Shown here piece by piece: positions 9,188 through 17,959 of a stretch of 25,609 bases of DNA; within the stretch, counting starts at the first letter, position 1, and every line of letters begins with the position of its first letter. Both the position numbers and the translations under genes were made by a program. Source of the stretch: Aerosakkonema sp. BLCC-F183 (GTDB lineage Bacteria > Cyanobacteriota > Cyanobacteriia > Cyanobacteriales > Aerosakkonemataceae); NCBI RefSeq assembly GCF_041929145.1, contig NZ_JBHFNU010000005.1, positions 84,868 to 110,476 of the forward strand, in the 5' to 3' direction. The notes under the pieces were generated by a model. It saw nothing but the letters and a program-made list of their open reading frames with translations, was not told the DNA's origin and did not search any database.

Positions 9188-9445
9188 CCCACCGACACTT
9201 ATCTCATCGTAGGGTGGGTTAGGCACGGGCAATAACTTCCACACTTTCAAGCAATAATTAACTCTCCGTGCCGTAACCCACCGACACTTATCTATAACAT
9301 ACATAAACACTTTAGCTCTTTCGGATTTATGGGTAAAAATGTTTGTTAATGTTACAGTTGAGTGTGATGGTGGGTTACGGCACGGGAACTAAATTATCGG
9401 TTGAAAGTGTTGAAATTATCGCCCGTGCCTAACCCACCCTACGCT
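9186..9445. mobile_element. MITE-like nested-palindrome repeat element, copy 1
   Basis: The outer arms are TAGGGTGGGTTAGGCACGGGCAATAA ... TTATCGCCCGTGCCTAACCCACCCTA. The inner arms are CCGTGCCGTAACCCACC ... GGTGGGTTACGGCACGG. A second homologous copy lies at 24180-24497 in the same orientation. Confidence 0.7.
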
Positions 9446-9489
9446 TAGATACTGGGCTGCTTTTACTCTTGCAGGGAATTGGTTATAAT

Positions 9490-10077
9490 ATGTCGATGAT
9501 CGAACAAGCTGCTAATTCTGTGGTACTTGCTTCTGCTTCTAAGCCGTCTGCTACTGAGGTAGTCGATGCTTTGCTTCAGGCGGAGAAAGACGCCAGAAAG
9601 AACAATTTTTCTGATTCGTTCGATCGATTAATCGGCAATTGGCGTTTATGTTTTATTACCGGGACTAAAAAAACTCGCGCTAAGGCGGGAATTGTGCTGG
9701 GTGCGGGACGCTACATTCCTCAATTTGTCAAAATTGAATTGTCTTACTCGACTGCATCTGTAGAGATAGAAGAACAGAATTTTGAAGTCGGTCAAATTGA
9801 GAATCGGGTGACGATCGGAGCGCTAAAATTAGTGGTGAGCGGGCCTGCCAAATTTTTGCACAAGAAAAACATTTTGGCGTTTGACTTTACTCGCATGACG
9901 GTGCAGTTGTTGGGAGTGACGCTGTTTTCTGGATATATTCGTTCAGGTGAGGTGAAGTCAAAACAATTTTACCATGAAAGTGTGAGCAAGCAAGCGTTTT
10001 TTGCTTATTTTTTCATCACCGATAAGGCGATCGCAGCTAGAGGTAGAGGCGGCGGTTTGGCTATCTGGGGACGGTAA
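9490..10077 (+). CDS. PAP/fibrillin-family protein (plastoglobulin-like)
   Basis: About 195 aa from the ATG at 9490 (the track ORF begins at a TTG at 9469; AGGGA lies 13 nt before the ATG). It contains the fibrillin-like motif LIGNWRLCFITGTKK (compare L.GKW.L.YTS) and its length is typical of cyanobacterial fibrillins. Confidence 0.5.
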   Translation: MSMIEQAANSVVLASASKPSATEVVDALLQAEKDARKNNFSDSFDRLIGNWRLCFITGTKKTRAKAGIVLGAGRYIPQFVKIELSYSTASVEIEEQNFEVGQIENRVTIGALKLVVSGPAKFLHKKNILAFDFTRMTVQLLGVTLFSGYIRSGEVKSKQFYHESVSKQAFFAYFFITDKAIAARGRGGGLAIWGR

Positions 10078-10117
10078 ATGTTTGGCGGCGCTTCTGCGGT
10101 TAGTGTGGGATGGCGGA

Positions 10118-10225
10118 AACCCCACCCCCAACCCCGACCCGTCCACGGGGAGGGGAGAAACAGGTGTAGGGGGAGGGGTGAAACAGGTGTAGGGGGAGGG
10201 GTGAAAGAGAGAGGGGCTTCAGGGG
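10118..10225. repeat. C-run/G-run region with a 23-nt direct repeat (GAAACAGGTGTAGGGGGAGGGGT x2), a potential G-quadruplex or long hairpin
   Basis: cccacccccaaccccgaccc followed by ggggaggggag and two copies of aaacaggtgtagggggaggggtga. It lies between the convergent fibrillin gene and the last cas-operon gene. Confidence 0.8.
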
Positions 10226-10285
10226 AAAATAAGAACTGGGAAAGAGCCGTTTTTGTTCGCGCACGGCAAAGTGCTGTGAAGATTG

Positions 10286-10906
10286 CTAATCAACGCATTT
10301 GACGCTTTTGATACTGCCATTTTTTAAGGCTGTTATTTTTACTTTTACGATCTGCCCTTGCTGGAGAGAACTCGCTTTTTTCGGTTCTTTTTCAGTCAAT
10401 TTAATCGCGCCTAATATTTGATATGTCACTTTATTACCTGCAATGCCAATAACTTGGGCATCTAAGATTTGATCGATCGCAAAATCTTGAGATTGCGTCA
10501 CTTGTAAAATTTCGGCTTGCCGAGTAGATTCTATGACAGGAGCGGTAATTTCGCCGATCGGTCCCGCTTCTTTGTAGTAGCGCATTAAGCGAATTGACCA
10601 CCCTAAAATTTGCAGGATAGCTGTTACATCATTTTGATAAAGTTGCAAATATTTGGTGCAAGTTCTTTCTATGCTATCATAATATCCAGATGTTTTTTGG
10701 CTATATCCGATTCTATTACCTTGGCGGGAAAGTGTTTGCAGATAACTAAAAAATTTCGTGCCGGCATTTTCGCGATCGCTATAAGCGCGAAGATATGCCA
10801 TCACTTTACCCAATTCATTTACATCAGTCTCTTCTTTGACCAATGTTTGAGCAATTCCGTGAGCAATTTGCCATTGAATTTCGGTTAAATCGGTGGTAGT
10901 AAACAT
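10286..10906 (-). CDS. Hypothetical protein, last gene of the type III-D-like cas operon (candidate III-D-specific accessory, Csx19-like?)
   Basis: 206 aa with ATG at 10906, immediately abutting the stop of the upstream Cas7 gene. It has a helical N-half and a beta-rich C-half (GQIVKVKITALKNGSIKSVKC). No family was recognised, and the assignment is by operon position only. Confidence 0.45.
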   Translation of the reverse strand: MFTTTDLTEIQWQIAHGIAQTLVKEETDVNELGKVMAYLRAYSDRENAGTKFFSYLQTLSRQGNRIGYSQKTSGYYDSIERTCTKYLQLYQNDVTAILQILGWSIRLMRYYKEAGPIGEITAPVIESTRQAEILQVTQSQDFAIDQILDAQVIGIAGNKVTYQILGAIKLTEKEPKKASSLQQGQIVKVKITALKNGSIKSVKCVD

Positions 10907-11947
10907 TTAATAAACTCCGTCTATAGGTTCTCTAGTTGTCGGCCATTGCAGAACTTGTTGTAACTCTTTCAATTGTTGAGATTGTACTAATTGGGTGGAT
11001 GCCGATCGCACGGCTTTTTGGATGAATTCCTGGAGGGAATTACCAGTCAGAGAAGGGGGTGAGGTGTTGTAATTGCAATAGCGATCGCGCCATTCTTTCT
11101 CTTTTTCAATCCGCTGAATTTCTGTTACTTCAACTACCATCGTTCCCATACCAATTGGTTTACCGCCTCCCACTTTTAAAGCAATGGGATTTTTACTATC
11201 TTGTCCTAACACAATCAACAGCGTTCCCAATTCGGCTAAACTTAAATTCCTAAATCCAATTTGGGTAGTAAATATCAATTCTTTTCCCGCTTGTTGAACT
11301 GGAATACCTTGTTGTCCTTTGTCAATCGATTTAACAAAATGGTAATAAAACTTGCGTCCAGCTATTCTTCCATTTATATAGTAGCCGGCACGTTGTTTTC
11401 TGGGTGCATAAAGTGAGGGCATAAATCCCACACTCCACTGTGCATTGTTGAGAATCGCATCAGAAAAGCGAATCAAACCTTGCCAATCCATTGCCCCAAA
11501 AACTTGACAAGCCGGACAAAGTTTAGTATTATCTTTACATTCCCGATAACCATTCGGAATTTGACTCTGTTCTGCCTTAGTTTTGCACAAACAACTGCGC
11601 GTAATTGCTTCATAAGTAGAACGCACAACGCCTTTAAGGGAACTTCCCGGAACGATCGACTGTCGATCGCGTCCAACGGCAGTTTTGATTAGGGGGATAT
11701 TTTTGGCATTTCCCGATAAGTCGCTACCCATTGCGACAACGCCAGAAGCGACAAAAGTAGCGGTTTTCACCGTTAAGCGCAGAAAGATTGTACCGCTAAT
11801 GCGATCGCTTTTAAACCGATCTTGTCCAATTGGTTTATCTCGCGGTGGCGGCTGACTGGGTAGAGAAATGAGTTGATAAGGTTTTGGATTAGCAGTTTCT
11901 GGTGCAGGATTAGGTTGAGGGCGTCGAATTGGTCGATTGTTAGTCAT
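10907..11947 (-). CDS. Cas7-group RAMP (Csm5/Cmr6-like) with Zn-finger insertion
   Basis: 346 aa. It has a RAMP N-terminus (PYQLISLP), a G-rich segment and the Cas7 signature IVPGSSLKGVVRS. A Cys cluster (CLCK...C...CPAC) is present. It overlaps the upstream gene by 4 nt. Confidence 0.8.
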   Translation of the reverse strand: MTNNRPIRRPQPNPAPETANPKPYQLISLPSQPPPRDKPIGQDRFKSDRISGTIFLRLTVKTATFVASGVVAMGSDLSGNAKNIPLIKTAVGRDRQSIVPGSSLKGVVRSTYEAITRSCLCKTKAEQSQIPNGYRECKDNTKLCPACQVFGAMDWQGLIRFSDAILNNAQWSVGFMPSLYAPRKQRAGYYINGRIAGRKFYYHFVKSIDKGQQGIPVQQAGKELIFTTQIGFRNLSLAELGTLLIVLGQDSKNPIALKVGGGKPIGMGTMVVEVTEIQRIEKEKEWRDRYCNYNTSPPSLTGNSLQEFIQKAVRSASTQLVQSQQLKELQQVLQWPTTREPIDGVY

Positions 11948-12459
11948 GGGGATATCTCAACAGTGAGAGCGATAAAATGTACCGTGGAAGTTTCGCGATC
12001 GATGAAATAACGTTGAGCTATTTTAACTTTGTTTGGATTATTCTTTTCATCCTTAATTATGGGATTGAGAGCGTCAGGTACAATGAATTTTTGGGGAAAC
12101 CGAGTTTCATCGGGACGATAAATGTAAGCAGGTCGTTGTTCTACTTTCCACTCTATCTTTTTATCTTGTTCCTTTTTTTTATCTCGTTCCTCATCAATAG
12201 AAGTGAAAGCAGAATCTTTACCAGTTATTGACAGCAATAATACTGAATAACCTTGACCTTGTTGTTTCCAACGCAATTCGCGATCGCAATTAAACATTTG
12301 TCCTTCTGGACTGGGAAATTCTTTTAATTCCTCTACAATTCCACTGACGCGATCTTGCCACCGAAGAAAGTAATAAGTAGGCTTTTTCGCAAATTTATCT
12401 AGCAATTTTCTGAGATCTTCAGATGAGTCAACTTGTTTAATACCTACAAAAGGATTCAT
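11944..12459 (-). CDS. Hypothetical protein embedded between Cas7 genes (candidate all1473-like III-D signature gene)
   Basis: 171 aa with ATG at 12459, coupled by 4-nt overlaps on both sides. No motif was recognised. Its position between two Cas7 genes matches the uncharacterised gene of canonical III-D loci. Confidence 0.45.
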   Translation of the reverse strand: MNPFVGIKQVDSSEDLRKLLDKFAKKPTYYFLRWQDRVSGIVEELKEFPSPEGQMFNCDRELRWKQQGQGYSVLLLSITGKDSAFTSIDEERDKKKEQDKKIEWKVEQRPAYIYRPDETRFPQKFIVPDALNPIIKDEKNNPNKVKIAQRYFIDRETSTVHFIALTVEISP

Positions 12460-13451
12460 GCTGCTGTCCCTTGCAATATTTCACACCAAGCTTCTACAGT
12501 TTGCGAGAACAATTCACGCACTTTATCGCTCCCTTCCCAACTCTGTTGCACGCCAAAATTAAACTCAATTGGTGTTGTTTTTGGTGATGTTTCTTTCAGA
12601 TCGTTAGGGGGAAAACCATAGCGGTTTCTTTCTTCATCTTCCAGAAACATTCCCGCACCCAATAAGGAAGTAAGCGGCCATTTTGTTTCTGTGCCGATCG
12701 CGCTAATTTGTTCATCTTTTATAATACAGCCAGGATATTGGACAACGGCTGAATTTAACTTAACTTCCACCAATCCCAAACCGCGAGATTTAGCGAAACC
12801 TAATCCAAACCAACCTTGATTTAAATCGCGCAATACTAAACCGATTAATCCTAATTGTGCAAGGGTAAAATTTCTGAGATGAATTTTGGTATGAAATTCT
12901 CCGGCGGTACAAACTTGAAAATTAAATGGCCCTACAGCGACCGAACCAAACACTCTGTCAATAGCTACGCCATTGCGTTCTTCAATTTTCAACAATTTGG
13001 GATTAACCGGATAAGCATCTTCTATTCTGACGCGACTGGCGATCGCAGTATTGCCAAACATTTGGGAAATAAAACAAGATTGCTTGTATAATTCCGCGCC
13101 GGGATGGGGATGATTTTTATTTTTCTTTTTCCAGTTGTCTAGGTAAAGATTGATGTTTTTTTGTTCGTCTTTGTCGTCGCTGAGAGGGTCGCTTGCCCAG
13201 ACAGTGGTAGAATTATTAGGACGGCGATCGCTTCCCACCGTCCGCACAATTCGTTCTGCATGGGCGCGAATAGCACCTTTGAGAGAACTTCCGGGTAAAT
13301 AAATTGTCCGTCCTCCGCCGTGATAGGTTTCCACAAATTCCATATCCGGTTTCGTAGGGTCAGCACCTTCTTTGCCAGATTTAATTAAGATAGGGCCAGC
13401 AGGTGTGATAGTTAATTCTATTGTACATTGATTGACAAATCGTTTAAACAT
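12456..13451 (-). CDS. Cas7-group RAMP (Csm3/Csm5-like)
   Basis: 331 aa with the Cas7 signature IYLPGSSLKGAIRAHAERI and a G-rich loop (GFAKSRGLGLVE). Confidence 0.8.
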   Translation of the reverse strand: MFKRFVNQCTIELTITPAGPILIKSGKEGADPTKPDMEFVETYHGGGRTIYLPGSSLKGAIRAHAERIVRTVGSDRRPNNSTTVWASDPLSDDKDEQKNINLYLDNWKKKNKNHPHPGAELYKQSCFISQMFGNTAIASRVRIEDAYPVNPKLLKIEERNGVAIDRVFGSVAVGPFNFQVCTAGEFHTKIHLRNFTLAQLGLIGLVLRDLNQGWFGLGFAKSRGLGLVEVKLNSAVVQYPGCIIKDEQISAIGTETKWPLTSLLGAGMFLEDEERNRYGFPPNDLKETSPKTTPIEFNFGVQQSWEGSDKVRELFSQTVEAWCEILQGTAA

Positions 13452-14319
13452 TGCTGTTTTCCTCGGCAGTGGTATTAGCAGACATAAAAGTTCTTAAATG
13501 GGTAATCAAAGCATTTGTCCATTCCTGTTTGAGGAAAGCAATTCTTTCTGGATAGCATGAGTAAATATCCATTTCTCCGTTAACCAGATTTTGCAGGTAA
13601 TTTAGTAATAACTCTGGATCGTCTTCTGCATCAAACCATTGCATTTCTTTAATATCCAATTTCACCACACCCAATCCGCGAGAACGTCCACCGCCTAACG
13701 GAATTTGTTCAGTTTCAAATTGGTGCAATCCGATGGTTAATAAACCTAATTCCCAAGCTTCGGCGTTTTCAACTACTGCTTTAAACTCAAATTGCGTTCC
13801 TGCCGGTACAACTTGAAAATCGTATAATTTCGCATCAGCAGCAGTTTCGGTATCGCGATCGATCGCAACTCCATCTCGTTCTTGATATTGTCCAAACCAA
13901 CTATCTAGTAATACCGTTAAATCTCGTACTTGAAATTTACTGGCGATCCAAGGAGAACCGAATAAGCGAGAAACTAAATCGGTTTCTTTTAAAATTGCAG
14001 TGGTGAGGTCAAAATCATCTTTGTTTTCGTCCTTAAGTTGCTTGATTTCATCAGCTTTTAGCGACCATTCATCCTCTACGGCGGGATTGGCGACTAATTT
14101 GCGATCGCTTCCCACAATCCCGCGCAGGAAGCTTTCTAAACGCGATCGCAAAGCACCTTTAAAACTCGACCCCGGAATTAAAGGTCGTCCTACCGCATCT
14201 TTAATTACTGGTAAATCCGAACCAATTGGTTCTGTGGAACGTCCCGCGCCAATTCGCAAAGCGGTGATAGTTGTGAGAGTTCCGGTGATTTCCAAACGAC
14301 TTTTGAAAGTATCAAACAT
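13444..14319 (-). CDS. Cas7-group RAMP (Csm3/Cmr4-like backbone subunit)
   Basis: 291 aa with the N-terminus LEITGTLTTITALRIGAGR ... PLIPGSSFKGALRSRLESFL and a C-terminal G-rich loop GGGRSRGLGVVKL. A SD-like AGGTGGA precedes the ATG at 14319. Confidence 0.85.
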   Translation of the reverse strand: MFDTFKSRLEITGTLTTITALRIGAGRSTEPIGSDLPVIKDAVGRPLIPGSSFKGALRSRLESFLRGIVGSDRKLVANPAVEDEWSLKADEIKQLKDENKDDFDLTTAILKETDLVSRLFGSPWIASKFQVRDLTVLLDSWFGQYQERDGVAIDRDTETAADAKLYDFQVVPAGTQFEFKAVVENAEAWELGLLTIGLHQFETEQIPLGGGRSRGLGVVKLDIKEMQWFDAEDDPELLLNYLQNLVNGEMDIYSCYPERIAFLKQEWTNALITHLRTFMSANTTAEENSNV

Positions 14320-14339
14320 ATCAATCCACCTATTTTTAC

Positions 14340-15500
14340 TTACTTTTTAATGCCTTCTCTTTTGTAAATATACTCATGTGTTCCGTAGTATCGCAGAGAT
14401 AATCTTCCTCCATCTGCAACTTTGCAGCTAACTCGTCGAGTCTGAGCCGTAATGTTGATATGGTCGATATTTGTATTCTGATATCTACGAAGCCTCAGAA
14501 TATCATCGTCTTTCAAAGCGCTGATCCCATCTCCATGTTTGAATAATAGGTAAGCTGCTCTAGCTAGCCTTTCTTGCAACTGAATCCTTTCCTGAATGTC
14601 TAAAGTATTTTGGTAATCTTTGCAAAAGCTTTGTTCATAATCCAATTTAGGAAATTTGACTAAATCTTCCGAAAGTAACTCGTCTTTGCATTGATTCCAA
14701 ATCAATTTTCCCCATGTCGATAAAGTCATTTCTTTGCCATCAACCAAAACCCATTCTTCCGGGACTTTCTTTGCTTCTTCCCAAGATGTAGGAATTTCTC
14801 CAACATCCATCATTGCTAGTTGTACTTTGTATGGCTCAACCTTGGAGCGATCTACCTTTACAGGAAGTTGTGGAATTTTGATTACTTCATTCGATCCCTC
14901 AAAAACATAGACAATTTCATTAGCATAAAACATTCCAATGGTATTGAAGTAGCCTTGCAAAGCTTTGAATCCACCAACTAAATTGAAATAAATCTGGTAT
15001 TTGCTACTTTTAGAAGCAATAATTATTTCTTGCAGTGTGGGAATTAATTTTGCCATTCCCTCTATAAAGGTAGCGCTACTGGCGATGGACAGTCCAGGCT
15101 GTATACAAGTACTGGTGTTATTCAATCCGTTACTTTTCAAAAATGACTCTACAATGTTTGCAGTAACTCTAGCTTGTGCTGTGTCAGTAGCAACTAATAA
15201 ATGAGTATCTTCTGTACCCTGTTCTAGTTTATTATTGTACAAACCATAGATGCCATTCAGTTCCGCGCTCAACTCTCGGATTTCTTCAAGCTCGGTATCG
15301 TCATTGTAAAGCTTTTCTTCCGCCCTATTCTTCAACTTTTCAATAATATGGGAAATATCCTCATGATATTTTTTTATTTCATCAACAGTATAATTTGCAG
15401 TTTGCTGTAGGCACTTAGACCAGCTATCTGGATCGATATCGCGGTCAATTTGATTGGTCAATAAACTTGTACCGACAGTGGAAATTACGAGTCGAGGCAT
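14340..15500 (-). CDS. CARF-domain protein with C-terminal putative HEPN-like domain (Csm6/Csx1-type cOA-activated effector candidate), embedded in the effector operon
   Basis: 386 aa with ATG at 15500 and AAGGAG upstream. The N-terminal Rossmann strand MPRLVISTVGTSLL and the later NLVGGFKALQGY motif match the CARF core signature (hhhhS.G.S ... TGG[TF]K). The C-terminal region carries RYYGTH (R-x4-H), which is compatible with a HEPN RNase motif. Confidence 0.55.
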   Translation of the reverse strand: MPRLVISTVGTSLLTNQIDRDIDPDSWSKCLQQTANYTVDEIKKYHEDISHIIEKLKNRAEEKLYNDDTELEEIRELSAELNGIYGLYNNKLEQGTEDTHLLVATDTAQARVTANIVESFLKSNGLNNTSTCIQPGLSIASSATFIEGMAKLIPTLQEIIIASKSSKYQIYFNLVGGFKALQGYFNTIGMFYANEIVYVFEGSNEVIKIPQLPVKVDRSKVEPYKVQLAMMDVGEIPTSWEEAKKVPEEWVLVDGKEMTLSTWGKLIWNQCKDELLSEDLVKFPKLDYEQSFCKDYQNTLDIQERIQLQERLARAAYLLFKHGDGISALKDDDILRLRRYQNTNIDHINITAQTRRVSCKVADGGRLSLRYYGTHEYIYKREGIKK

Positions 15501-15534
15501 AGAGATACACTCCTTTGTAAACGATAGTTAAAAC

Positions 15535-15951
15535 CTAAATTTCACCTTTATTTTTGTATACCAGATAGCGTGCGCCATAACCAAGATAGCGACGGGTTAG
15601 CTCTAGCCAAATTTGGTTATATTCATCAACTTCAGCCGCTTTTGCTATTTCTTTAGCAGCCTCCTTAATGTCTTTATCGATGTTACGAATAATTTTTGCT
15701 GCTAAAGATTGTTCGCCTTTACCCCACTTTTTGTCACGCCCTACCTGATAACGCAAAAAGTTTTTGATTACTTCTGTGCTTTCAGTTGTATCAGCAACTC
15801 TTAGAAGATTACGAAATTGGGATTCTTGTAAATCACCATAAGAGCTTTTATCATCTAAAGCATCTTGGATCTTAGTCACTAGCTTATCCTCAGCTTGGCG
15901 AATACCTTTTTGAATCTTGAGTTGTTTTTGCGGATCGAATGGTTCGTTCAT
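15535..15951 (-). CDS. Cas11-like small subunit (Csm2/Cmr5-type, alpha-helical)
   Basis: About 138 aa from the ATG at 15951, which forms an ATGA overlap with the Cas5 stop (the track start at 15990 is TTG). It is small, Lys/Glu-rich and helical, and sits directly after Cas5 as in III-D loci. Confidence 0.5.
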   Translation of the reverse strand: MNEPFDPQKQLKIQKGIRQAEDKLVTKIQDALDDKSSYGDLQESQFRNLLRVADTTESTEVIKNFLRYQVGRDKKWGKGEQSLAAKIIRNIDKDIKEAAKEIAKAAEVDEYNQIWLELTRRYLGYGARYLVYKNKGEI

Positions 15952-17222
15952 ACAGGTTCCTCCTGAAATACAAGATGAAATTCGTTGCAAACTTCAATTT
16001 GACCGAAGCCTTCACAGGTGCGATCGCCGACACCTACAATCTCTAAATTTTCTAATGCTTTCATCCAAGCATCTCGTTGTGCAGTGCTAAATAAATACAC
16101 CGCTCCTTTATTAGTTATCAGTTCCACATCTTTCATCAATCCCCAAGCAGAATTCCAGCCAGAACGATAGTCATAGCTACTATACGCTGCTTCAAGTTTT
16201 AAGGTGGAATCTTTAACGCCAGTAAACTTTTTTAGCATTTCTTCCGAAATTACAGTGGTACCCTGCCAGTTATCGGTCAAAATCGCCTCAGAGTGTAAAT
16301 CCAAAGAAAAGTAGGTGCGATCGATCGCCAATTCTTTTAAAGGACTACCAAATACTCTCCATTCCTTCCAACGTTGTCCAAGTTTTTCATTAAAATTCTC
16401 GACTTTTGCAACTACATTGGGTTTAATATCTACAATTTTAGCTTGAATTTTGACTTTTCCCAACCCGCGTGAAGTAGAACCACCTAAGCGGAAATTTTCA
16501 CTGCGATCGAGAATAAATTGCGTCAGAGAATCTGCCAAACTATCTTCTACCAAAATTGAGCCGCAGTAAATAACAGGTTTGGGCTTTTTACCTTTCGATT
16601 CAGATTCATTCAGAACTTCTATGCTGTAAAGTATTTCCTCTTCAGCCGTAGCCAGTCTTCGATTAATACCTACTCGTGTTAATAGGCGTTTATTAACACT
16701 ATGAGCGTGATATTTATCATTGAGTTTGCTGTAAAAACAACTATGTGCATCGACTCGCCCTCCGTCTGTTGGACAATTGGGATCGTAGGGATAACCGTAA
16801 CCTTCAGCACAGAAGCGATCGATCAGAGTATCGAAAACGCCGTTACTTCCTTTTTTAGACGTAAACCCAGAGCTATTTTTAGAACTCAGCGCAGTAGTAG
16901 GTAGCACCCTAACTTCTGGTTGTAATATAGTTTTATCCTTTATTTCTATAGTTGCAGGATAAGCATTTTGAAAAATTGCGGGAGTATCATCAAGAAATAA
17001 AGCCTGAAAATCACCGCCATTTTCTGAGAAATCTTGGCTCCATTCCTGCTGTTGTTCGCTTTGTTGTAGCTGACGATATTTTTGCAAAATTTGAGCGGCA
17101 ATTGCACCCCGAATTACGCTTCCGGGAATATAACTTTCTACTTCGCTAATTGAACCGCCTGGTTTCTGGCGTGCTATTGCCAGAGGAGATAAAGCTTTAA
17201 TTTCTAATAGAATGCGCTTCAT
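15948..17222 (-). CDS. Cas5-group RAMP (Csx10/Csm4-like)
   Basis: About 424 aa from the ATG at 17222, which forms an ATGA overlap with the upstream stop (the track start at 17252 appears to be TTG). It has LEIKALSPLAIARQ...YIPGSVIRGAIAAQ, reminiscent of the Csm4 L.L.F.SPLHIG...IPGS.IKG pattern, and a C-terminal G-rich loop GGSTSRGLGKV. Confidence 0.65.
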   Translation of the reverse strand: MKRILLEIKALSPLAIARQKPGGSISEVESYIPGSVIRGAIAAQILQKYRQLQQSEQQQEWSQDFSENGGDFQALFLDDTPAIFQNAYPATIEIKDKTILQPEVRVLPTTALSSKNSSGFTSKKGSNGVFDTLIDRFCAEGYGYPYDPNCPTDGGRVDAHSCFYSKLNDKYHAHSVNKRLLTRVGINRRLATAEEEILYSIEVLNESESKGKKPKPVIYCGSILVEDSLADSLTQFILDRSENFRLGGSTSRGLGKVKIQAKIVDIKPNVVAKVENFNEKLGQRWKEWRVFGSPLKELAIDRTYFSLDLHSEAILTDNWQGTTVISEEMLKKFTGVKDSTLKLEAAYSSYDYRSGWNSAWGLMKDVELITNKGAVYLFSTAQRDAWMKALENLEIVGVGDRTCEGFGQIEVCNEFHLVFQEEPV

Positions 17223-17959
17223 TGCACCCTTCCTTTTGCCAAGAATTGCCAAACAGTTTCATCCACTTGAATTTCAGGTAAATCCCAATGTAACCAACCT
17301 AAACCCGCAGATTTACTGCCGCCCAGTGCGTGAATATGCCGCAAACCAGCCCAAATCAGCGCTTTAGCATAATCAGGTCGATCGGGTGTTACGGGTGTTA
17401 GGCTTGGTTGGATGTGAATATTACCCTCAAATCTGAGTTTAAGATTTACGGGAGAGGTTTCCAAAAAGTAAAGTTTTTTCTCCTCCGCAGTGCGGCGACG
17501 GCGATTAATCGTCACACCCGGACGGATAACTTCAGGTAAATTTTCAGGGTCTTCTGTGCAAACTAAATCATCAAAGATTACTCGTGATGGTAAAACCGGA
17601 TCGCCAAATATTTGGCTAATTAAACAGTGATATGTTTCATTATACCCTGCAACTTGATACTCGCTACGACAAAATTCGCTCGGTGAACTTTCTCGCCGTA
17701 AAACCATTTTTTTAGGGCTAGGAGATTTACAAATTGCCCAACCCAAAGCCCTTGCAAATTTTTCGCATTCATGGCGCAGGCGACCCTTGACTTGAGAGCC
17801 AGGAATTAGCAGATTTGTTTGGGAGTCTCGAACAATCGGTTTATCTGCTAGGGAACTAGAAGAACCACCAGCACCTACACACAAAGCCGTATCAATTATA
17901 GCAGTAATTTTGTGTGTTTCTACTTCAATTAAATTTGATAAATTTCTGAGAAATATCAT
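17219..17959 (-). CDS. Cas7-group RAMP, small (Csm3-like)
   Basis: 246 aa with CVGAGGSSS...LLIPGSQVKGRLRHE. Its start overlaps the cas10 stop (TGATG). Confidence 0.75.
   Translation of the reverse strand: MIFLRNLSNLIEVETHKITAIIDTALCVGAGGSSSSLADKPIVRDSQTNLLIPGSQVKGRLRHECEKFARALGWAICKSPSPKKMVLRRESSPSEFCRSEYQVAGYNETYHCLISQIFGDPVLPSRVIFDDLVCTEDPENLPEVIRPGVTINRRRRTAEEKKLYFLETSPVNLKLRFEGNIHIQPSLTPVTPDRPDYAKALIWAGLRHIHALGGSKSAGLGWLHWDLPEIQVDETVWQFLAKGRVQ

Noticed and set aside
9136-9466. Possible coding or tRNA content in the repeat block after the Moco subunit
   Set aside because: The sequence is fully explained by heptamer tandem repeats and a nested-palindrome MITE-like element. There are no cloverleaf-compatible conserved tRNA boxes.
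15951-17252. Track starts at 15990 (Cas11) and 17252 (Cas5) as true N-termini
   Set aside because: Both appear to be TTG codons that would overlap the upstream genes by 34-43 nt. Internal ATGs at 15951 and 17222 form classic ATGA stop/start overlaps.
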